DNA of 64,000 nt from Callorhinchus milii (Eukaryota), in assembly GCF_018977255.1 (NCBI RefSeq), contig NW_024704742.1, forward strand, positions 96,102,001 to 96,166,000. The letters are read 5' to 3'. Each line of letters starts with the position of its first letter. The first letter of the stretch is position 1. Made by a program: the position numbers and the translations under genes. Under the pieces are notes generated by a model, which saw nothing but the letters and a program-made list of their open reading frames with translations, did not search any database and was not told the origin of the DNA. Below, piece by piece: positions 62,911 to 64,000 of this stretch.

Positions 62911-64000
62911 TTGCTGAGATGAAACGGAGGTGGTATCACCAACAGAGATAAGACCTTGTGAATAGAATGAAGGTAAATTTTTCTATGGGAAGAACATTAC
63001 CTCTCTTTGCCGTCTCTGGAGCTCAGACCACATTGTCATCATTTCTTTAGAAAAATAAATAATGTGCTGGTCCATTAATACACGCAGATGGAGGAGACAA
63101 TTTCAGGTGAGCGTATCCTGCTGCTACGTCTTGGGGTAGTTGGCTTATGACTGAGCCTCTCTTTCGCATTCCCAATGTGCGACTTGAACCTAGTGCCCAT
63201 TCTCGCTCTGTGAGGTTATTGTGCACAGGTGCGTACGGTTGATGCAAAAATATGCCCAAATTGGGGGCAGCTCTTGGCTGCCTTCATATAATTTCAAGCC
63301 ATGCATTTTGGTACTGAGACAAGATTCATTCATTCAAGAATTAAAGGTAAAAACATTAACAATTAACATCAATGTGTCTACCATGCAAATACTTTATGTT
63401 ATTGCCACCCACTAAATAACAATCAATGGCAGACGTTTTAGTTTTTATCAAAAGAGAACACATTGTATCCTTTTTTATTTCCACCTATGGTTTTTTTCTC
63501 AACCATATGGCTCGAAACCCACTGAGATGAATGTTTCCCTCTAATGTAGTCATTTATTAATTGAGCCAGAAGGTTCCCCCACTCATTTAGCTTTTGCTTT
63601 GAATAGATTCCAAAAACAATCATTTTAATACCTTGCTGGCCAGTGGGTTTCAGCAGCTGACAGAGCAAAAGCGTATGGAGCAGTGAGTGTTTGTGCAGGT
63701 GGTGGCTTTAACCTTCACTATGCCCTGAATGGGTAAATTCTATTCCGACTGCGGTTCTGCTTATAATTACAGTTTCCTTTTTATGTTTCATTTATCCTCT
63801 GAGATCAGACGTATTTCTAAACACAACCATCCAGAGAGGCAGCGGCAATAAAAGAAGTTTTATGCTGTGCTTTATATCACGAGATTCTACCATAATAACT
63901 TTTGAAACCTCAGTATTTTAAATGCATACTTTTAGATATATTATGTAACACAAAACAAGCTGTCATCCTCAATTCTTCAGACTATAAGAGCAATAATGCT

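Overview
Repeat-dense, apparently non-coding vertebrate DNA (intergenic or deep intronic). The repeat repertoire points to a cartilaginous fish, probably a holocephalan/chimaera (inference). It includes L2 and CR1 LINEs, tRNA-headed Deu-domain SINEs with L2-type tails, LF-SINE/UCON3-like SINEs and Penelope-like ends. I found no recognisable host protein-coding exon, rRNA, genuine tRNA or CRISPR array. The protein-like ORFs in the track are decayed retrotransposon RT fragments; the rest look like chance ORFs. Main points of interest: (1) two Penelope-like insertions, each flanked by a ~14-bp target-site duplication (TSD) and carrying a minimal type I hammerhead ribozyme motif, one of them only ~110 bp long; (2) an unusual non-CR1/non-L2 LINE family (RTE/RTEX-like RT motifs) present 7 times, always in the same orientation; (3) repeated microhomology-flanked, locally templated insertions and snap-back hairpins at retroelement junctions; (4) several short foldback (MITE-like) elements, one split by a CR1. 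Repeat boundaries were set by eye and are approximate unless stated exactly.
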